Shown here: positions 1 through 11,923 of the stretch, in pieces
Layout of the letters: the number at the start of each line of letters is the position of its first letter
Numbering within the stretch: position 1 is the first letter of the stretch
NCBI GenBank assembly: GCA_965649825.1
Contig: OZ287723.1
Location: 19,874-83,873 of the forward strand
Length of the DNA: 64,000 bases
Origin: Penicillus capitatus
Lineage: Eukaryota > Plantae > Chlorophyta
Direction of reading: 5' to 3'
Position numbers and translations under genes: made by a program
Notes under the pieces: model-generated
What the model was told of the DNA's origin: nothing
Database searches by the model: none
Seen by the model: the letters and a program-made list of their open reading frames with translations, nothing else

Positions 1-77
1 ATACCTGCAGATACCATTTTTCGCACAAGTTCTTTTGTCTTACTAACATTATTAATAGAAGTACAATAAACAATCAT
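1..77 (-). CDS. rps2: 30S ribosomal protein S2, 5' fragment (runs off window start)
   Basis: Minus strand from ATG at 77 reads MIVYCTSINNVSKTKELVRKMVSAG, resembling the S2 N-terminal motif (M..AG.H.GH). The window cuts before the HxGH. Confidence 0.6.
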   Translation of the reverse strand, partial: MIVYCTSINNVSKTKELVRKMVSAG

Positions 78-108
78 AAAATTAATATCTTTTAGTAGTA
101 ATAATTAG

Positions 109-179
109 AGCAGCACAGGGGAATCGAACCCCTACCATTAGAATGGAAACCTAAGGCGCTACCGTTACACCAGTACTGC
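109..179 (-). tRNA. trnG: tRNA-Gly(UCC)
   Basis: Cloverleaf: acceptor GCAGTAC/GTGCTGC, anticodon arm TTAGG-TTTCCAT-TCTAA, T arm AGGGG-TTCGATT-CCCCT, discriminator U. Confidence 0.9.
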
Positions 180-266
180 TGCTAATTTTACTACTACTAA
201 TTAGTATAATTTATTATTATTTTTTTCAAATTTAGATATAATTTTTTAAATAAAAAATAAATTTCT

Positions 267-362
267 ATGACAGCACTATTACTTTATACCGGAATGCTTG
301 GATTCGCAATAACATTAACTCTTTTACTTTTTTTTGGATTTCTTAAAATTCAGTTAATATAA
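267..362 (+). CDS. petL: cytochrome b6f subunit PetL
   Basis: MTALLLYTGMLGFAITLTLLLFFGFLKIQLI*, 31 aa with the typical L.KI.LI end. Confidence 0.9.
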   Translation: MTALLLYTGMLGFAITLTLLLFFGFLKIQLI

Positions 363-374
363 ATAAAAAAAAAT

Positions 375-500
375 ATGAATAATTTCACTAAATATTTATC
401 AACTGCACCTGTTGTTGCCTTTCTTGTGTTATCTTTTATTTCAGGGTTCATAATTGAAGTTAATCGATATTTTCCAGATCCTTTAATTTTTGCGTTTTGA
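375..500 (+). CDS. psaJ: photosystem I subunit IX
   Basis: [41 protein letters not shown]. Confidence 0.95.
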   Translation: MNNFTKYLSTAPVVAFLVLSFISGFIIEVNRYFPDPLIFAF

Positions 501-549
501 TAAAAAAATTAGGCTATTTTATTTATTTGATAGCTTAATTTTTTTTATT

Positions 550-638
550 TGGAGAAAAAGGGATTCGAACCCTTGATAGAAAAAATTTCCTATAATGGAT
601 TAGCAATCCATCGCTTTCGACCACTCAGCCATTTCTCC
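550..638 (-). tRNA. trnS: tRNA-Ser(GCU)
   Basis: GGAGAAATGGCTGAGTGG start, GCT anticodon, long variable arm, GTTCGAATCC T loop. Confidence 0.93.
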
Positions 639-675
639 TCGGCAGTACTACAGCAATTGCAGAACCACCATTAGA

Positions 676-1293
676 TTAGAGATTTCTTGAATAATATTCA
701 ATCACTAAAAGTTCATTAATATTTAAACTTTTTTTTTGTAAAGCATGTTGTTGAACTTTTACATTTTTATTTCTACGACTTAAAAAAGATTGTTGAAATT
801 TTTTTACTTTAATTTTTCGGGGTTTCTTCCATGTAATTATATCATTTTTAGAACATTGAAAACTTGGGATAGTTATTTTTTTTCCATTTAAACAAATATG
901 TCCATGTGTTATTAATTGACGAGCGGATGGAATTGTTGGTACAAAACCTAGTTTAAAAATAATATTATCGAGTCGCATTTCTAAACCATTTAAAAGTATT
1001 TTAACGGTTGATATTTGTTTTTTTCTGGCTTGTATTTTTGCTTCTCGAACATATTGTAAGAGATTCCGCTCGGTTAAACCATAATGATATCGAAGTTTTT
1101 GTTTTTCTTTTAAACGAATTGAAAAAGGAGATTTTTTATCTCTATTTTTCGAAATGTTAGAAGTTAGTATCCGTTTTTTAAATTTTTTAAGTTTTGTAAG
1201 TTTTTCGAGTTTTTGATTTATTTTTAATCCAAATCCAGGCAATGGTCCTAAACGTTTTAAAACACGAATTTTTGGGCCGCGATATCTTGACAT
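676..1293 (-). CDS. rps4: 30S ribosomal protein S4
   Basis: MSRYRGPK start; LKEKQKLRYHYGL and LEMRLDNIIFKLGF S4 motifs. Confidence 0.97.
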   Translation of the reverse strand: MSRYRGPKIRVLKRLGPLPGFGLKINQKLEKLTKLKKFKKRILTSNISKNRDKKSPFSIRLKEKQKLRYHYGLTERNLLQYVREAKIQARKKQISTVKILLNGLEMRLDNIIFKLGFVPTIPSARQLITHGHICLNGKKITIPSFQCSKNDIITWKKPRKIKVKKFQQSFLSRRNKNVKVQQHALQKKSLNINELLVIEYYSRNL

Positions 1294-1328
1294 AATAAAT
1301 TAATTAATTATTGAATTTTTCTCTCCGA

Positions 1329-1399
1329 AGCAGCACAGGGGAATCGAACCCCTTCTTCCAGTATGGCAAACTAGTGGGCTACCGTTACACCAGTGCTGC
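1329..1399 (-). tRNA. trnG: tRNA-Gly(GCC)
   Basis: Acceptor GCAGCAC/GTGCTGC, anticodon arm CTAGT-TTGCCAT-ACTGG, T arm identical to the tRNA at 109-179. Confidence 0.9.
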
Positions 1400-1407
1400 A
1401 TTCTTCT

Positions 1408-1480
1408 CGCATCCTATAGGAGTTGAACCTACGACATTAGGTTTTGGAAACCTACGTTCTACCAGCTGAACTAAGGATGC
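1408..1480 (-). tRNA. trnW: tRNA-Trp(CCA)
   Basis: GCATCCTTAGTTCAG start, anticodon loop TTCCAAA, standard T arm. Confidence 0.92.
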
Positions 1481-1498
1481 TTATTTTGATTAGAATTT

Positions 1499-1572
1499 TC
1501 GGAATGACAGGATTTGAACCTGCGACCTCGAGTTCCCAAAACACGCGCGCTACCAAACTACGCTACATCCCG
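1499..1572 (-). tRNA. trnP: tRNA-Pro(UGG)
   Basis: CGGGATGTAGCGTAGTTTGG start, TGG anticodon; trnW-trnP adjacency is typical of plastids. Confidence 0.92.
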
Positions 1573-1669
1573 CTTCCATCTCAAATATATGAATAAACAT
1601 AAAGTCTATAAAAAATGCTTCAAATAACGTAAAGTTTTAAATAACTTTATTATTTGAAGCATTTTTTTG

Positions 1670-3169
1670 TTAATCGGCTAATGCTTCCTTTGCAACATAC
1701 ATCACTTCTACCGTAATTTCTTTAATTTGCTTTGAACGTGCAAATTTTTCTGTATTTCGTTTGACTCGATTTCGTACAAATCCTGGGATTTTTTGGAGTT
1801 CTTTTTGGGCGTCAAGATTCCAAACAAGATTTTCATCAGTCGACAAATTTTTTGTAATAACTGTTTTAACATCATGTCCACCAAAAATTTCTAATAAATG
1901 ATCTTCCATACCAAGAGTAAACGAATTATAAACTAAATCTGCAATTTGATTCGTTCCTTCATAACCTAAAAAAGGTCTATAGCTTAATGGAAAATTTTGA
2001 ATATGTATTGGTGCAGAAATAACACCACAAGGTATATCTAAACGTTTCCCAACATGGCGTTCCATTTGAGTTCCAAAAATTGCAGCAGGCTCTATGTCAG
2101 CAATCATATTACTCACTTGAGTATGGTCTTCAGTAATTAATACTTGATCACAAAAACCTTGAACCTGTTCTCTAAACCAGTCTGCATCATTTTTACAATA
2201 AGTCCCAGCACAGCATACATTTATTCCCATTTCTCGAGCTAAAATTTTTGTCATAGATGCCCCATGCGTCGCATCTCCAAAAACAAGTGCTTTTTTACCT
2301 GTTAAATTTTGACAATCGATCGAACGAGAAAACCAAGCTGCTTGAGAAATAAAACGAGTTTGTTTATCTATATATTTTTCAGAATTTTTGCCAACAATTT
2401 TAGAAATTTCACGAATCCATGAAGCTGTTTCCACTAATCCCATTGGAGTTGTTGATATATAAGGCATATTGTATTTATTTTCTAGATATTGTGCTGCCAT
2501 TAAACCAATTTCTCTATAAGGAACTATATTAAACCATGCTTCTGGAATTTTTTTTAAATCTGTAACAAAACATCCTTCTGGAATTATTTGATTTATTTGA
2601 ATCCCTAAATCTATCAATAAACGATAAATTTCGCGACAATCATGTTGGTGATGAAAACCAAGAGTAAAAATACCTAAAATATTCGCTGAGGGTTTTTCTG
2701 TTTTTTGAATTTCCCCTATTCTTTTATCTAAATAAAACGCTATTATTTGTTCTAACGTTCGATCAGCTGCTTGAAATTCATTCACACGATAATGATTAAC
2801 ATCTGCTAATAAAATATTTGAATCTGTTTGACGAGTAGCTCTTTCAACAAAATTTTGCAAATCTTCTTGTAAAATACTCGATGTACAAGTTGGTGTTAAT
2901 AAAATTAAATCAGGTTTTTCCTGTTGGTCCTTGCGGAGAATATTTTCAACAACCTTTTCTTGAGATCCTCGAGCTAGAACATGTCGATCGACAATACTTG
3001 CTGTTACTGGAGTAAAATCTCTTTCTCGTTCTAACATAGAACGCATCACATTAAAATAATCATCTCCTAAAGGAGCATGCATTATTGCATGAACATTTTT
3101 AAACGAACTCGCAACCCGTAAGGTACCAATATGTGCAGGACCTGCATACATCCAATAAGCTAATTTCAT
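1670..3169 (-). CDS. chlB: light-independent protochlorophyllide reductase subunit B
   Basis: [39 protein letters not shown]; C-terminal PCP_red domain ([14 protein letters not shown]). Confidence 0.98.
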   Translation of the reverse strand: MKLAYWMYAGPAHIGTLRVASSFKNVHAIMHAPLGDDYFNVMRSMLERERDFTPVTASIVDRHVLARGSQEKVVENILRKDQQEKPDLILLTPTCTSSILQEDLQNFVERATRQTDSNILLADVNHYRVNEFQAADRTLEQIIAFYLDKRIGEIQKTEKPSANILGIFTLGFHHQHDCREIYRLLIDLGIQINQIIPEGCFVTDLKKIPEAWFNIVPYREIGLMAAQYLENKYNMPYISTTPMGLVETASWIREISKIVGKNSEKYIDKQTRFISQAAWFSRSIDCQNLTGKKALVFGDATHGASMTKILAREMGINVCCAGTYCKNDADWFREQVQGFCDQVLITEDHTQVSNMIADIEPAAIFGTQMERHVGKRLDIPCGVISAPIHIQNFPLSYRPFLGYEGTNQIADLVYNSFTLGMEDHLLEIFGGHDVKTVITKNLSTDENLVWNLDAQKELQKIPGFVRNRVKRNTEKFARSKQIKEITVEVMYVAKEALAD

Positions 3170-3540
3170 TTTTTGAATAAGAAATATTTGAAAATTAAGA
3201 AAATCTCCATAAAACTACTTATTTGTTCAAGTTAGAGGAGATCCCTTTTTAAAACCTCAAAACAATTATTTGGAGGCGGATACTTATTACTGTTCTTGAG
3301 TTTTTTCTACTTGATGTTACTTTCCCTTTAAGTTTTGTATAATATTTATTCTTCAAACACTACCGGAAGAATAAATTTATATTTTAGCATAGTACTAAAT
3401 TTTCAAACCGAAAATAATAAACCGTGGAAGTTTATATAATTAGCTTGATTAATGATTAATTTTTATATTTATAATAAAAATTTTTTATATTGATTATACA
3501 AAACATTTCCTATTAAAAATAATAATTTTTATTTAATAGG

Positions 3541-3611
3541 AGGCGATACCCAGATTCGAACTGGGGATGAAAGATTTGCAATCTTCAGCCTTACCACTTG
3601 GCTATATCGCC
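3541..3611 (-). tRNA. trnC: tRNA-Cys(GCA)
   Basis: GGCGATATAGCCAAGTGG start, GCA anticodon. Confidence 0.93.
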
Positions 3612-3613
3612 AT

Positions 3614-3687
3614 CGAGACTGACGGGATTCGAACCCGCAACTTCCGCCTTGACAGGGCGGTGCTCTAACCAATTGAACTACAATCTC
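3614..3687 (-). tRNA. trnD: tRNA-Asp(GUC)
   Basis: GAGATTGTAGTTCAATTGG start, GTC anticodon. Confidence 0.92.
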
Positions 3688-3880
3688 TTTATTGTTTTGT
3701 TTTTTTATTATAATAAATTTTATTTAAATTTCAAATTGGCTAGTAGGAACCCTTATGCATCTATTTTTTTGTTATTTTAATTTTGTTGGGTCAAAAATTC
3801 TATAAATTCATTATATCTTTTTTTTATCAAAGATAAATGAATAAATTTTACCCACAAAAATATTATTTTATATTAAAATT

Positions 3881-6136
3881 ATGACAATTATACCAGATTC
3901 AAAAAATTATCAAAAAATTCAAATACTCGTAGACAAAGATCCAGTAGAAACAACTTTTGAAAAATGGGCACAACCAGGACATTTTTCACGAAATTTATCA
4001 CGAGGCCCTAATACAACTACATGGATTTGGAATTTACATGCAGATGCTCATGATTTTGAAAGTCATACAAATGATATGCAAGATATTTCAAGAAAAGTTT
4101 TTAGCGCACATTTTGGTCAACTTGGTATTATTTTAATTTGGATTAGTGGAATGTTTTTTCATGGTGCTCGTTTTTCGAATTATGAAGCTTGGTTAATGAA
4201 TCCTTTACGGATTAAACCTAGCGCGCAAATTGTTTGGCCTATTGTTGGCCAAGAAATGTTAAATGGAGATGTTGGTGGAGGGTTTCAAGGAATACAAATT
4301 ACATCAGGCTTTTTTCAATTATGGCGTGCTTGTGGTATTACAAGCGAACTTCAGCTTTATACAACAGCAATTGTTGGGTTAGTTTTAGCTGGATTTATGT
4401 TTTTTGCTGGCTGGTTTCATTATCACAAAGCAGCACCAAAACTTGAATGGTTTCAAAATGTTGAATCGATGTTAAATCATCATCTTGCGGGATTATTAGG
4501 TTTAGGAAGTTTAAGTTGGGCAGGACATCAAATTCATTTAAGCATACCAATTAATAAATTGCTAGATATTGGTATAGATCCAAAACAAATTCCGTTACCT
4601 CACGAATTTTTATTAAATAAAGAATTAGTTGCACAACTTTTTCCGAGTTTTCGTAAAGGATTAGCTCCTTTTTTTACTTTAAATTGGGCTGCTTATAGTG
4701 ACTTTTTAACTTTTAAGGGAGGTTTAAATCCTGTTAATGGTGGTTTGTGGTTAACAGATATTGCTCATCATCATTTAGCAATTGCGGTTATTTTCATCAT
4801 TGCTGGACACATGTATCGCACAAATTTTGGAATTGGGCATAATATTAAAGAAATTTTAGAAGCACATAAAGGAACGTTAACAGGCGATGGACATCAAACA
4901 CTTTATGAGATTTTTACCACTTCATGGCATGCTCAACTTTGTATAAATTTAGCATTAATGGGGTCGCTTTCTATTATTGTTGCGCATCATATGTATGCAA
5001 TGCCTCCTTATCCATATTTAGCAACCGATTATGGAACACAACTATCTTTGTTTACACACCATATGTGGATTGGTGGTTTTTGTATTGCTGGAGCAGGTGC
5101 ACATGGTGCAATTTTTATGATTCGTGATTACGATTCAACCAAAAATTATAATAATTTATTGGATCGAATTCTTAATCATCGAGATGCGATTATTTCACAT
5201 CTTAATTGGGTTTGTATTTTTTTAGGTTTTCATAGTTTCGGGCTATATATCCATAATGATACAATGAGTGCTCTTGGAAGACCTCAAGATATGTTTTCAG
5301 ATACTGCAATTCAATTACAACCTATTTTCGCTCAATGGATTCAAAAAATTCATTTTTTAGCTCCAGAAATGACAGCACCTCAAGCAATTAATAGTACAAG
5401 TGTTTCTTGGGGTGGTTCTATTGTTTCTATCGGTGAAAAAGTTGCAATGATGCCCATTAGTTTAGGAACTTCAGATTTTATGGTCCATCATATCCATGCT
5501 TTCACTATTCATGTAACTGCCTTTATTTTATTAAAAGGTGTTCTCTATGCTCGGAGCTCTAGACTTATACCAGACAAATCGAATTTAGGATTTCGATTTC
5601 CATGTGACGGCCCTGGTCGTGGCGGTACTTGTCAAGTTTCTGCATGGGATCATGTCTTTTTAGGTTTATTCTGGATGTATAATTCTCTTTCGATTGTAAT
5701 TTTTCACTTTAGTTGGAAAATGCAATCAGATGTTTGGGGAATTGTCCGTGGTGGAAATATTTCTCATATTACGGGAGGGAATTTTGCTGCATCTGCTAAT
5801 ACAATTAATGGTTGGTTGCGAGATTTCTTATGGGCACAATCTTCACAAGTAATTCAATCTTATGGATCAGCCCTTTCTGCATATGGTTTAATTTTTTTAG
5901 GAGCTCATTTTGTATGGGCATTTAGTTTAATGTTTCTTTTTAGTGGTCGAGGATATTGGCAAGAACTTATTGAATCTATTTTATGGGCACATAATAAACT
6001 TAAAGTTGCTCCAACAATTCAACCACGTGCTTTGAGTATTACACAAGGGCGTGCAGTTGGTCTTGCTCATTATTTACTTGGAGGTATTGGAACAACTTGG
6101 AGTTTCTTTTTAGCTCGTATTCTTGCTGTAAGTTAA
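3881..6136 (+). CDS. psaA: photosystem I P700 apoprotein A1
   Basis: 751 aa; [31 protein letters not shown] (FX binding); uninterrupted. Confidence 0.99.
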   Translation: MTIIPDSKNYQKIQILVDKDPVETTFEKWAQPGHFSRNLSRGPNTTTWIWNLHADAHDFESHTNDMQDISRKVFSAHFGQLGIILIWISGMFFHGARFSNYEAWLMNPLRIKPSAQIVWPIVGQEMLNGDVGGGFQGIQITSGFFQLWRACGITSELQLYTTAIVGLVLAGFMFFAGWFHYHKAAPKLEWFQNVESMLNHHLAGLLGLGSLSWAGHQIHLSIPINKLLDIGIDPKQIPLPHEFLLNKELVAQLFPSFRKGLAPFFTLNWAAYSDFLTFKGGLNPVNGGLWLTDIAHHHLAIAVIFIIAGHMYRTNFGIGHNIKEILEAHKGTLTGDGHQTLYEIFTTSWHAQLCINLALMGSLSIIVAHHMYAMPPYPYLATDYGTQLSLFTHHMWIGGFCIAGAGAHGAIFMIRDYDSTKNYNNLLDRILNHRDAIISHLNWVCIFLGFHSFGLYIHNDTMSALGRPQDMFSDTAIQLQPIFAQWIQKIHFLAPEMTAPQAINSTSVSWGGSIVSIGEKVAMMPISLGTSDFMVHHIHAFTIHVTAFILLKGVLYARSSRLIPDKSNLGFRFPCDGPGRGGTCQVSAWDHVFLGLFWMYNSLSIVIFHFSWKMQSDVWGIVRGGNISHITGGNFAASANTINGWLRDFLWAQSSQVIQSYGSALSAYGLIFLGAHFVWAFSLMFLFSGRGYWQELIESILWAHNKLKVAPTIQPRALSITQGRAVGLAHYLLGGIGTTWSFFLARILAVS

Positions 6137-6167
6137 ATAACTTCTGTTCAATAACAGAAGTTATTTA
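6134..6167. terminator. stem-loop at psaA 3' end
   Basis: Perfect 15-bp stem TAAATAACTTCTGTT-CAAT-AACAGAAGTTATTTA between convergent psaA and petD. Confidence 0.7.
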
Positions 6168-6299
6168 TTCTCGCCATAGTTGGAAAGTACAGAGGAAAAT
6201 TCAATGGGATATCGATAAATATGCTCGCATAACCCTTGAAATGGATTATATTGATTATATTTTTTTTAAACAAATCCGGATTTTAACACCCGCCCTAAA

Positions 6300-6785
6300 T
6301 TAAAAAAGGCCGAGTGTTAAAGAAATATCAATAGGTAATGTTGCTCCAATACCAAGCCAAATCGATATGACCGTACCAATAAAAAAGACAGTTGTTGCAA
6401 CTGGTCTACGAAAAGGATTTTGAAACTTATTAATATTTTCTATAAAAGGAACTGTTAATAATCCTAGTGGTATAGAAGTCATTAAGAAAACTCCAAGTAA
6501 CTTGTTAGGAACAGTTCGAAGTATTTGAAAAACAGGATAGAAGTACCATTCAGGTAAAATTTCTAAAGGAGTGGCAAAAGGATTTGCAGGTTCACCGAGA
6601 ACAGCTAAATCGAGAATAGCGAGACCAATTACACAAGCGAAAGTACCAATAATACAAACAGGGAAAATATAAAGAAGTTCATTAGGCCAAGCAGGTTCAC
6701 CATAATAATGATGTCCCATACCTTTTGCTAATTTTGAACGCAAAAAAGGATCGGATAAATCTGGTTTTTTTGTAACAACAATCAT
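6300..6785 (-). CDS. petD: cytochrome b6f subunit IV
   Basis: [27 protein letters not shown]; PEWY motif. Confidence 0.98.
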   Translation of the reverse strand: MIVVTKKPDLSDPFLRSKLAKGMGHHYYGEPAWPNELLYIFPVCIIGTFACVIGLAILDLAVLGEPANPFATPLEILPEWYFYPVFQILRTVPNKLLGVFLMTSIPLGLLTVPFIENINKFQNPFRRPVATTVFFIGTVISIWLGIGATLPIDISLTLGLF

Positions 6786-6799
6786 AAGGTATGAATTTT

Positions 6800-7459
6800 T
6801 TAAAGTGGTCCAGAAATGCCTTGTTTACGAATCATAAGAAAATGCATTAACATAAACACAGCTGTAAATAAAGGTAACAAAAAAGTATGTAAACTATAAA
6901 ACCGAGTTAAAGTGGCCTGTCCAACCCCAACACCACCGCGTAAAAGTTCAACAATAAAACTGCCTATAAAAGGTAATGCATCAGGAACTCCAGTAACAAT
7001 TTTTATAGCCCAATAACCTACCTGGTCCCATGGCAAGGAATAACCAGTTACTCCAAAAGAAACTGTACAGATAGCCATTAAAACACCTGTAACCCAAGTA
7101 AGCTCACGTGGTTTTTTGAATCCTCCAGTTAAATAAACACGAAAAACATGTAAAATCATCATTAAAACCATCATACTAGCAGACCATCGATGAATTGATC
7201 GAATTAGCCAACCAAAATTTACTTGCGTCATTAAATATTCCACCGATGAAAACGCCTCTGCTACAGTTGGTCTATAATAGAAAGTCATTGCAAAACCTGT
7301 AGCAACTTGAACTAAAAATAAAGTAAACGTAATTCCACCAAAACAATAGAAAATATTTACATGAGGTGGAACATATTTACTTGTTACATCATCTGCAATA
7401 GTTTGGATTTCAAGACGTGATTCAAACCAATCATAAATTTTTGAATTTTTATTTTCCAT
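6800..7459 (-). CDS. petB: cytochrome b6
   Basis: [17 protein letters not shown]...RKQGISGPL. Confidence 0.98.
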   Translation of the reverse strand: MENKNSKIYDWFESRLEIQTIADDVTSKYVPPHVNIFYCFGGITFTLFLVQVATGFAMTFYYRPTVAEAFSSVEYLMTQVNFGWLIRSIHRWSASMMVLMMILHVFRVYLTGGFKKPRELTWVTGVLMAICTVSFGVTGYSLPWDQVGYWAIKIVTGVPDALPFIGSFIVELLRGGVGVGQATLTRFYSLHTFLLPLFTAVFMLMHFLMIRKQGISGPL

Positions 7460-7512
7460 AAAGTAAAATTTGTTGAAAACACAATTAAACTAATTCTGAC
7501 CCAAGATCTTTT

Positions 7513-7815
7513 CTACCAGGATGCTTTTTGTACACCTGGTAAAAATCCCATTAATGCCATTTCACGCAAAAAGTGTCTTGAAAGCTGAAAATCACGAAAA
7601 AAACCTTTTGGACGACCTGACAATAAACATCTATTATGTAACCGAACATGAGAACTATCTCTAGGTAATTTTTGCAATTTTTGTTGAAGAAGAATTTTTT
7701 TTTGGAATAAAGATTCTTTTTTTATTTCTGTGTGAAATTTTTGTCTTCGAAAATTATATTTTTTCACTAAAAATTCACGCTTTCGTTGGCGTTCTATTAA
7801 AGATTTTTTTGACAT
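7513..7815 (-). CDS. rps14: 30S ribosomal protein S14
   Basis: MSKKSLIER...[14 protein letters not shown]...LPGVQKASW. Confidence 0.97.
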   Translation of the reverse strand: MSKKSLIERQRKREFLVKKYNFRRQKFHTEIKKESLFQKKILLQQKLQKLPRDSSHVRLHNRCLLSGRPKGFFRDFQLSRHFLREMALMGFLPGVQKASW

Positions 7816-7858
7816 TTTAAATATTAAATAATAAAATAATAAAATAATAAAATAAACT

Positions 7859-7930
7859 TGGGCTCAGAAGGAATTGAACCTTCATTAACAACTTAGAAGG
7901 TTGCTGTCTTATCCATTAGACGATGAGCTC
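7859..7930 (-). tRNA. trnR: tRNA-Arg(UCU)
   Basis: GAGCTCATCGTCTAATGG start, TCT anticodon. Confidence 0.9.
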
Positions 7931-7943
7931 TTTTATATTATTA

Positions 7944-7986
7944 ATTTTAAAATATTTTAGACAATAGTCAAAAAATTTGTTAAAAT
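7944..7986. promoter_or_regulatory. overlapping divergent sigma70-like promoters (atpB on +; trnR-rps14-petB-petD on -)
   Basis: + strand TAGACA(7958-63)-17 nt-TAAAAT(7981-86); - strand TTGACT(7971-66)-16 nt-TAAAAT(7949-44). AT-rich background weakens the inference. Confidence 0.45.
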
Positions 7987-8030
7987 ATAAATTAATTTAA
8001 TTCAAAAGTTTCAAATTTTTTTAATAATAA

Positions 8031-9482
<1,452 letters not shown>

Positions 9483-9492
9483 TCTATTTTTT

Positions 9493-9885
9493 ATGACTCT
9501 TCAATTTAATATTATTACACCAAATCAGATTTTTTTACAGGCCCAAGCGAATGAGATTATTTTACCAACAAATACAGGTCAAATGGGGGTTTTAACTGGT
9601 CATGCTCCTTTGGTTACAGCTTTAGATATAGGAGTTCTTTCCTATAGATTAGAAAGAACTTGGACATCAATTGCTCTTATGGGAGGTTTTGCTTTAATTC
9701 TTCAAGATAATATTATAATTTTAGTAAATGAAGCAGAAAGTGCTAATACTATTTGTTTTCAAGAGGCATTACAGTCTTTGGAATTTGCTCTACAGCAATT
9801 TTCTCAAGCTAAAAATTTCAAACAAAAAGTTTCTGCAAATTTTATCTTGAAACGAGCTCAAGCACGATTAAAAGTTGTGGCATAA
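9493..9885 (+). CDS. atpE: ATP synthase CF1 epsilon subunit
   Basis: Directly after atpB; ILPTNTGQMGVLTGHAPLVTALDIG. Confidence 0.96.
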   Translation: MTLQFNIITPNQIFLQAQANEIILPTNTGQMGVLTGHAPLVTALDIGVLSYRLERTWTSIALMGGFALILQDNIIILVNEAESANTICFQEALQSLEFALQQFSQAKNFKQKVSANFILKRAQARLKVVA

Positions 9886-9926
9886 AAAAACGTGGAAAAA
9901 AAACGTGGAAAAAAAACGTGGAAAAA
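9884..9926 (+). repeat. 3 x 13-nt tandem repeat (AAAAAAAACGTGG) containing the cemA GTG start
   Basis: CGTGG at 9891, 9904 and 9917 (period 13). Confidence 0.85.
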
Positions 9927-10775
9927 ATTGGATTTATACCAAAATCAATTTTTCGAACATTTCAACGTTTTTTTAAACAACTACCTCTACAACATAACAA
10001 TCAACAACACAATGCTATTTTTGAATTTCGTGTTTCGCGTTATATTGCAATGGTATCATTTCAATGTTTTTTTTTCTTAATCTTTTATCCCTGGGTGTTA
10101 AATTTTTTTTTGAAATTTTTTATTCTGGATATTTTTTTTGAATTATCAATAATATTTTTTAATTTTATTCAACAAGAACAAATTTTTATTCAACTTCAAA
10201 CATTTTCACAACAATTTTATTTTGAAATATTTTGTCAATCCTCAAAAATTATTTCTTTGTCCTTAGTGAGTACCATTGTCGAATATAATTTCAATAATAT
10301 TACCCTGCTTGTAAACAAGCAGGGTAAATTAAATTCTATTAAAAAAAATTATTTTTTAAAATTTGCTTATTTATATAATAAGCAAAGTTTATTAATTTTT
10401 AGAAACTGGCTTTTAGATGTTACTATATTTTTGTTTTTTAGTTGGTTTGTCATAGTTTTAATTCCACAAATGTCTATTTTAAAAATTTTTTTTATTGAAT
10501 TATTATTAAATTTAAATGAAATTTTAAAGTGCTTTTTTCTTATATTTGTTCTCGATTTAGTTGTTGGATTTCATTCTTCAAAAAGTTGGGAAATTTCTTT
10601 ATATTCAACTCTCGGGCATTTTGGATTTCAAATTCACCAAAATCAAAATCTTATTGCTTTTTTTATTTCTATATTTCCTGTTTTTTTAGATACTATTTCT
10701 AAATATTGGGTTTTTCGTTATTTAAATAAGATCTCACCATGTACTGTTTTAACTTATCAAGCTATGATTGAATAA
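9918..10775 (+). CDS. cemA: chloroplast envelope membrane protein CemA (GTG start)
   Basis: (M)EKIGFIPKSI.RTF.RF..QL; DLVVGFHSSKSWE and FPVFLDTISKYWVFRYLNKISPCTV.TY..M.E motifs. Confidence 0.92.
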   Translation: MEKIGFIPKSIFRTFQRFFKQLPLQHNNQQHNAIFEFRVSRYIAMVSFQCFFFLIFYPWVLNFFLKFFILDIFFELSIIFFNFIQQEQIFIQLQTFSQQFYFEIFCQSSKIISLSLVSTIVEYNFNNITLLVNKQGKLNSIKKNYFLKFAYLYNKQSLLIFRNWLLDVTIFLFFSWFVIVLIPQMSILKIFFIELLLNLNEILKCFFLIFVLDLVVGFHSSKSWEISLYSTLGHFGFQIHQNQNLIAFFISIFPVFLDTISKYWVFRYLNKISPCTVLTYQAMIE

Positions 10776-10805
10776 ATTTAAATTTACTTTAACCTATTTA
10801 TTGCA

Positions 10806-10879
10806 TGCGGGGTAGAGCAGTTTGGTAGCTCGCAAGGCTCATAATCTTGAGGTCATAGGTTCAAATCCTATTCCCGCAA
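10806..10879 (+). tRNA. trnfM: initiator tRNA-fMet(CAU)
   Basis: TGCGGGGTAGAGCAGTTTGGTAGCTCGCAAGGCTCATAA..., the classic plastid trnfM. Confidence 0.93.
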
Positions 10880-10908
10880 TCGAGTTCTTTTCAGATAAGC
10901 TAAAGCTA

Positions 10909-11043
10909 ATGGAAAATTCAGCATTTTTTTTTGCTGTTTTTTTATGGTGTCTTTTACTCAGTATTACTGGTTATTCGATTTATCTTGGATTCGGACCTCC
11001 TTCAAAGAAACTTCGAGATCCGTTTGAAGAGCATAAAGATTAA
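10909..11043 (+). CDS. psbN: PsbN (pbf1)
   Basis: [44 protein letters not shown]; the longer ORF-track call runs through trnfM. Confidence 0.96.
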   Translation: MENSAFFFAVFLWCLLLSITGYSIYLGFGPPSKKLRDPFEEHKD

Positions 11044-11056
11044 CCTATTTTAAAAT

Positions 11057-11188
11057 TTGAATATTTTGTTATTTAAATTACCGGAAGTATATGCTCCTTT
11101 TGCTCCATTAACTGATGTTTTACCTGTTGTTCCGGTATTCTTTTTTATTTTAGCTTTTGTTTGGCAAGCTTCTCTAAGTTTTCGATAA
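11057..11188 (+). CDS. psbK: photosystem II protein K (probable TTG start)
   Basis: (M)[42 protein letters not shown]; in-frame TAA at 11051 and no ATG. Confidence 0.92.
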   Translation: MNILLFKLPEVYAPFAPLTDVLPVVPVFFFILAFVWQASLSFR

Positions 11189-11378
11189 TTGTTTTTGAAA
11201 ACCTCAAACTCAAACTTAAACTTATTATTACCATTATAAAATATAAAATACATAAAATTAAATTAAGAATATAAAGGTGATTTATTCTCAACTTATTAAT
11301 TACATTATCAACATTATCAATATTTTAAAGTCAAGTGCTGTTTCTTAAAATAGCAATATCGCTATATTTAAAATATAT

Positions 11379-11477
11379 ATGATTACCGAAAGTCAAATAT
11401 TTATCGCTATTTTTATTGCATTGATAAATGCATTTCTCGCTTTAAGGTTAGGTGTTAATCTTTATACAATAAAATAA
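11379..11477 (+). CDS. psaM: photosystem I subunit XII
   Basis: MITESQIFIAIFIALINAFLALRLGVNLYTIK*. Confidence 0.93.
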   Translation: MITESQIFIAIFIALINAFLALRLGVNLYTIK

Positions 11478-11510
11478 TAAAATAATAAATAAATAAATAA
11501 ATTAAAGAGG

Positions 11511-11900
11511 TAATACTAAAACAAATATTTTTCAAAATACAAAATTTAATTTAATACTAAAATGAATATTTTTCAAATTAATTTAATACTAAAACAAATA
11601 TTTTTCAAAATACAAAATTTAATTTAATACTAAAATGAATATTTTTCAAATTAATTTAATACTAAAACAAATATTTTTCAAAATATAAAATATAATTTAA
11701 TACTAAAACAAATATTTTTCAAAATATAAAATATAATTTAATACTAAAACAAATATTTTTCAAAATATAAAATATAATTTAATACTAAAACAAATATTTT
11801 TCAAAATATAAAATTTAATTTAATACTAAAATGAATATTTTTCAAAATATAAAATAATGAATATTTTTCAAAATATAAAATTAAAAATATAAAATTAAAA
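11511..11900. repeat. AT-rich tandem array of 41- and 32-bp units beginning TAATACTAAAA
   Basis: Unit starts at 11511, 11552, 11584, 11625, 11657, 11698, 11739, 11780 and 11821 (lengths 41, 32, 41, 32, 41, 41, 41, 41, then degenerate). Confidence 0.95.
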
Positions 11901-11923
11901 GTAGTTTTTAAACTAAATTAGTC

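Noticed and set aside
3345-3377. Hairpin ATTTATTCTTC-aaacactaccg-GAAGAATAAAT containing CCGGAAG, considered as plastid SRP RNA (ffs) or another ncRNA in the 360-nt gap upstream of chlB
   Set aside because: It lacks the internal-loop CAGG/AGCA motifs of SRP domain IV; most simply a UTR hairpin.
3598-3780. ORF-track 60-aa ORF
   Set aside because: It is the antisense reading of trnC/trnD.
4234-5127. Short alternative-frame ORFs inside psaA (also those inside rbcL, rpl2, psbC, psbD and rpoB)
   Set aside because: Shadow frames of conserved genes with no recognisable motifs.
6097-6303. 68-aa ORF / 130-nt spacer between psaA and petD
   Set aside because: It crosses the psaA terminator hairpin and has no motif I can recognise; nothing supports a gene.
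11265-11350. Possible ycf12 (psb30) remnant between psbK and psaM (NIKVIYSQL resembles NLEVIAQL)
   Set aside because: The position fits the usual psbK-ycf12-psaM cluster, but there is no ATG and no SGP motif in any frame, and the similarity is too weak to call without a profile search.
11511-11900. CRISPR interpretation of the tandem array
   Set aside because: No unique spacers (units are contiguous near-copies), no cas genes, and an organellar context.
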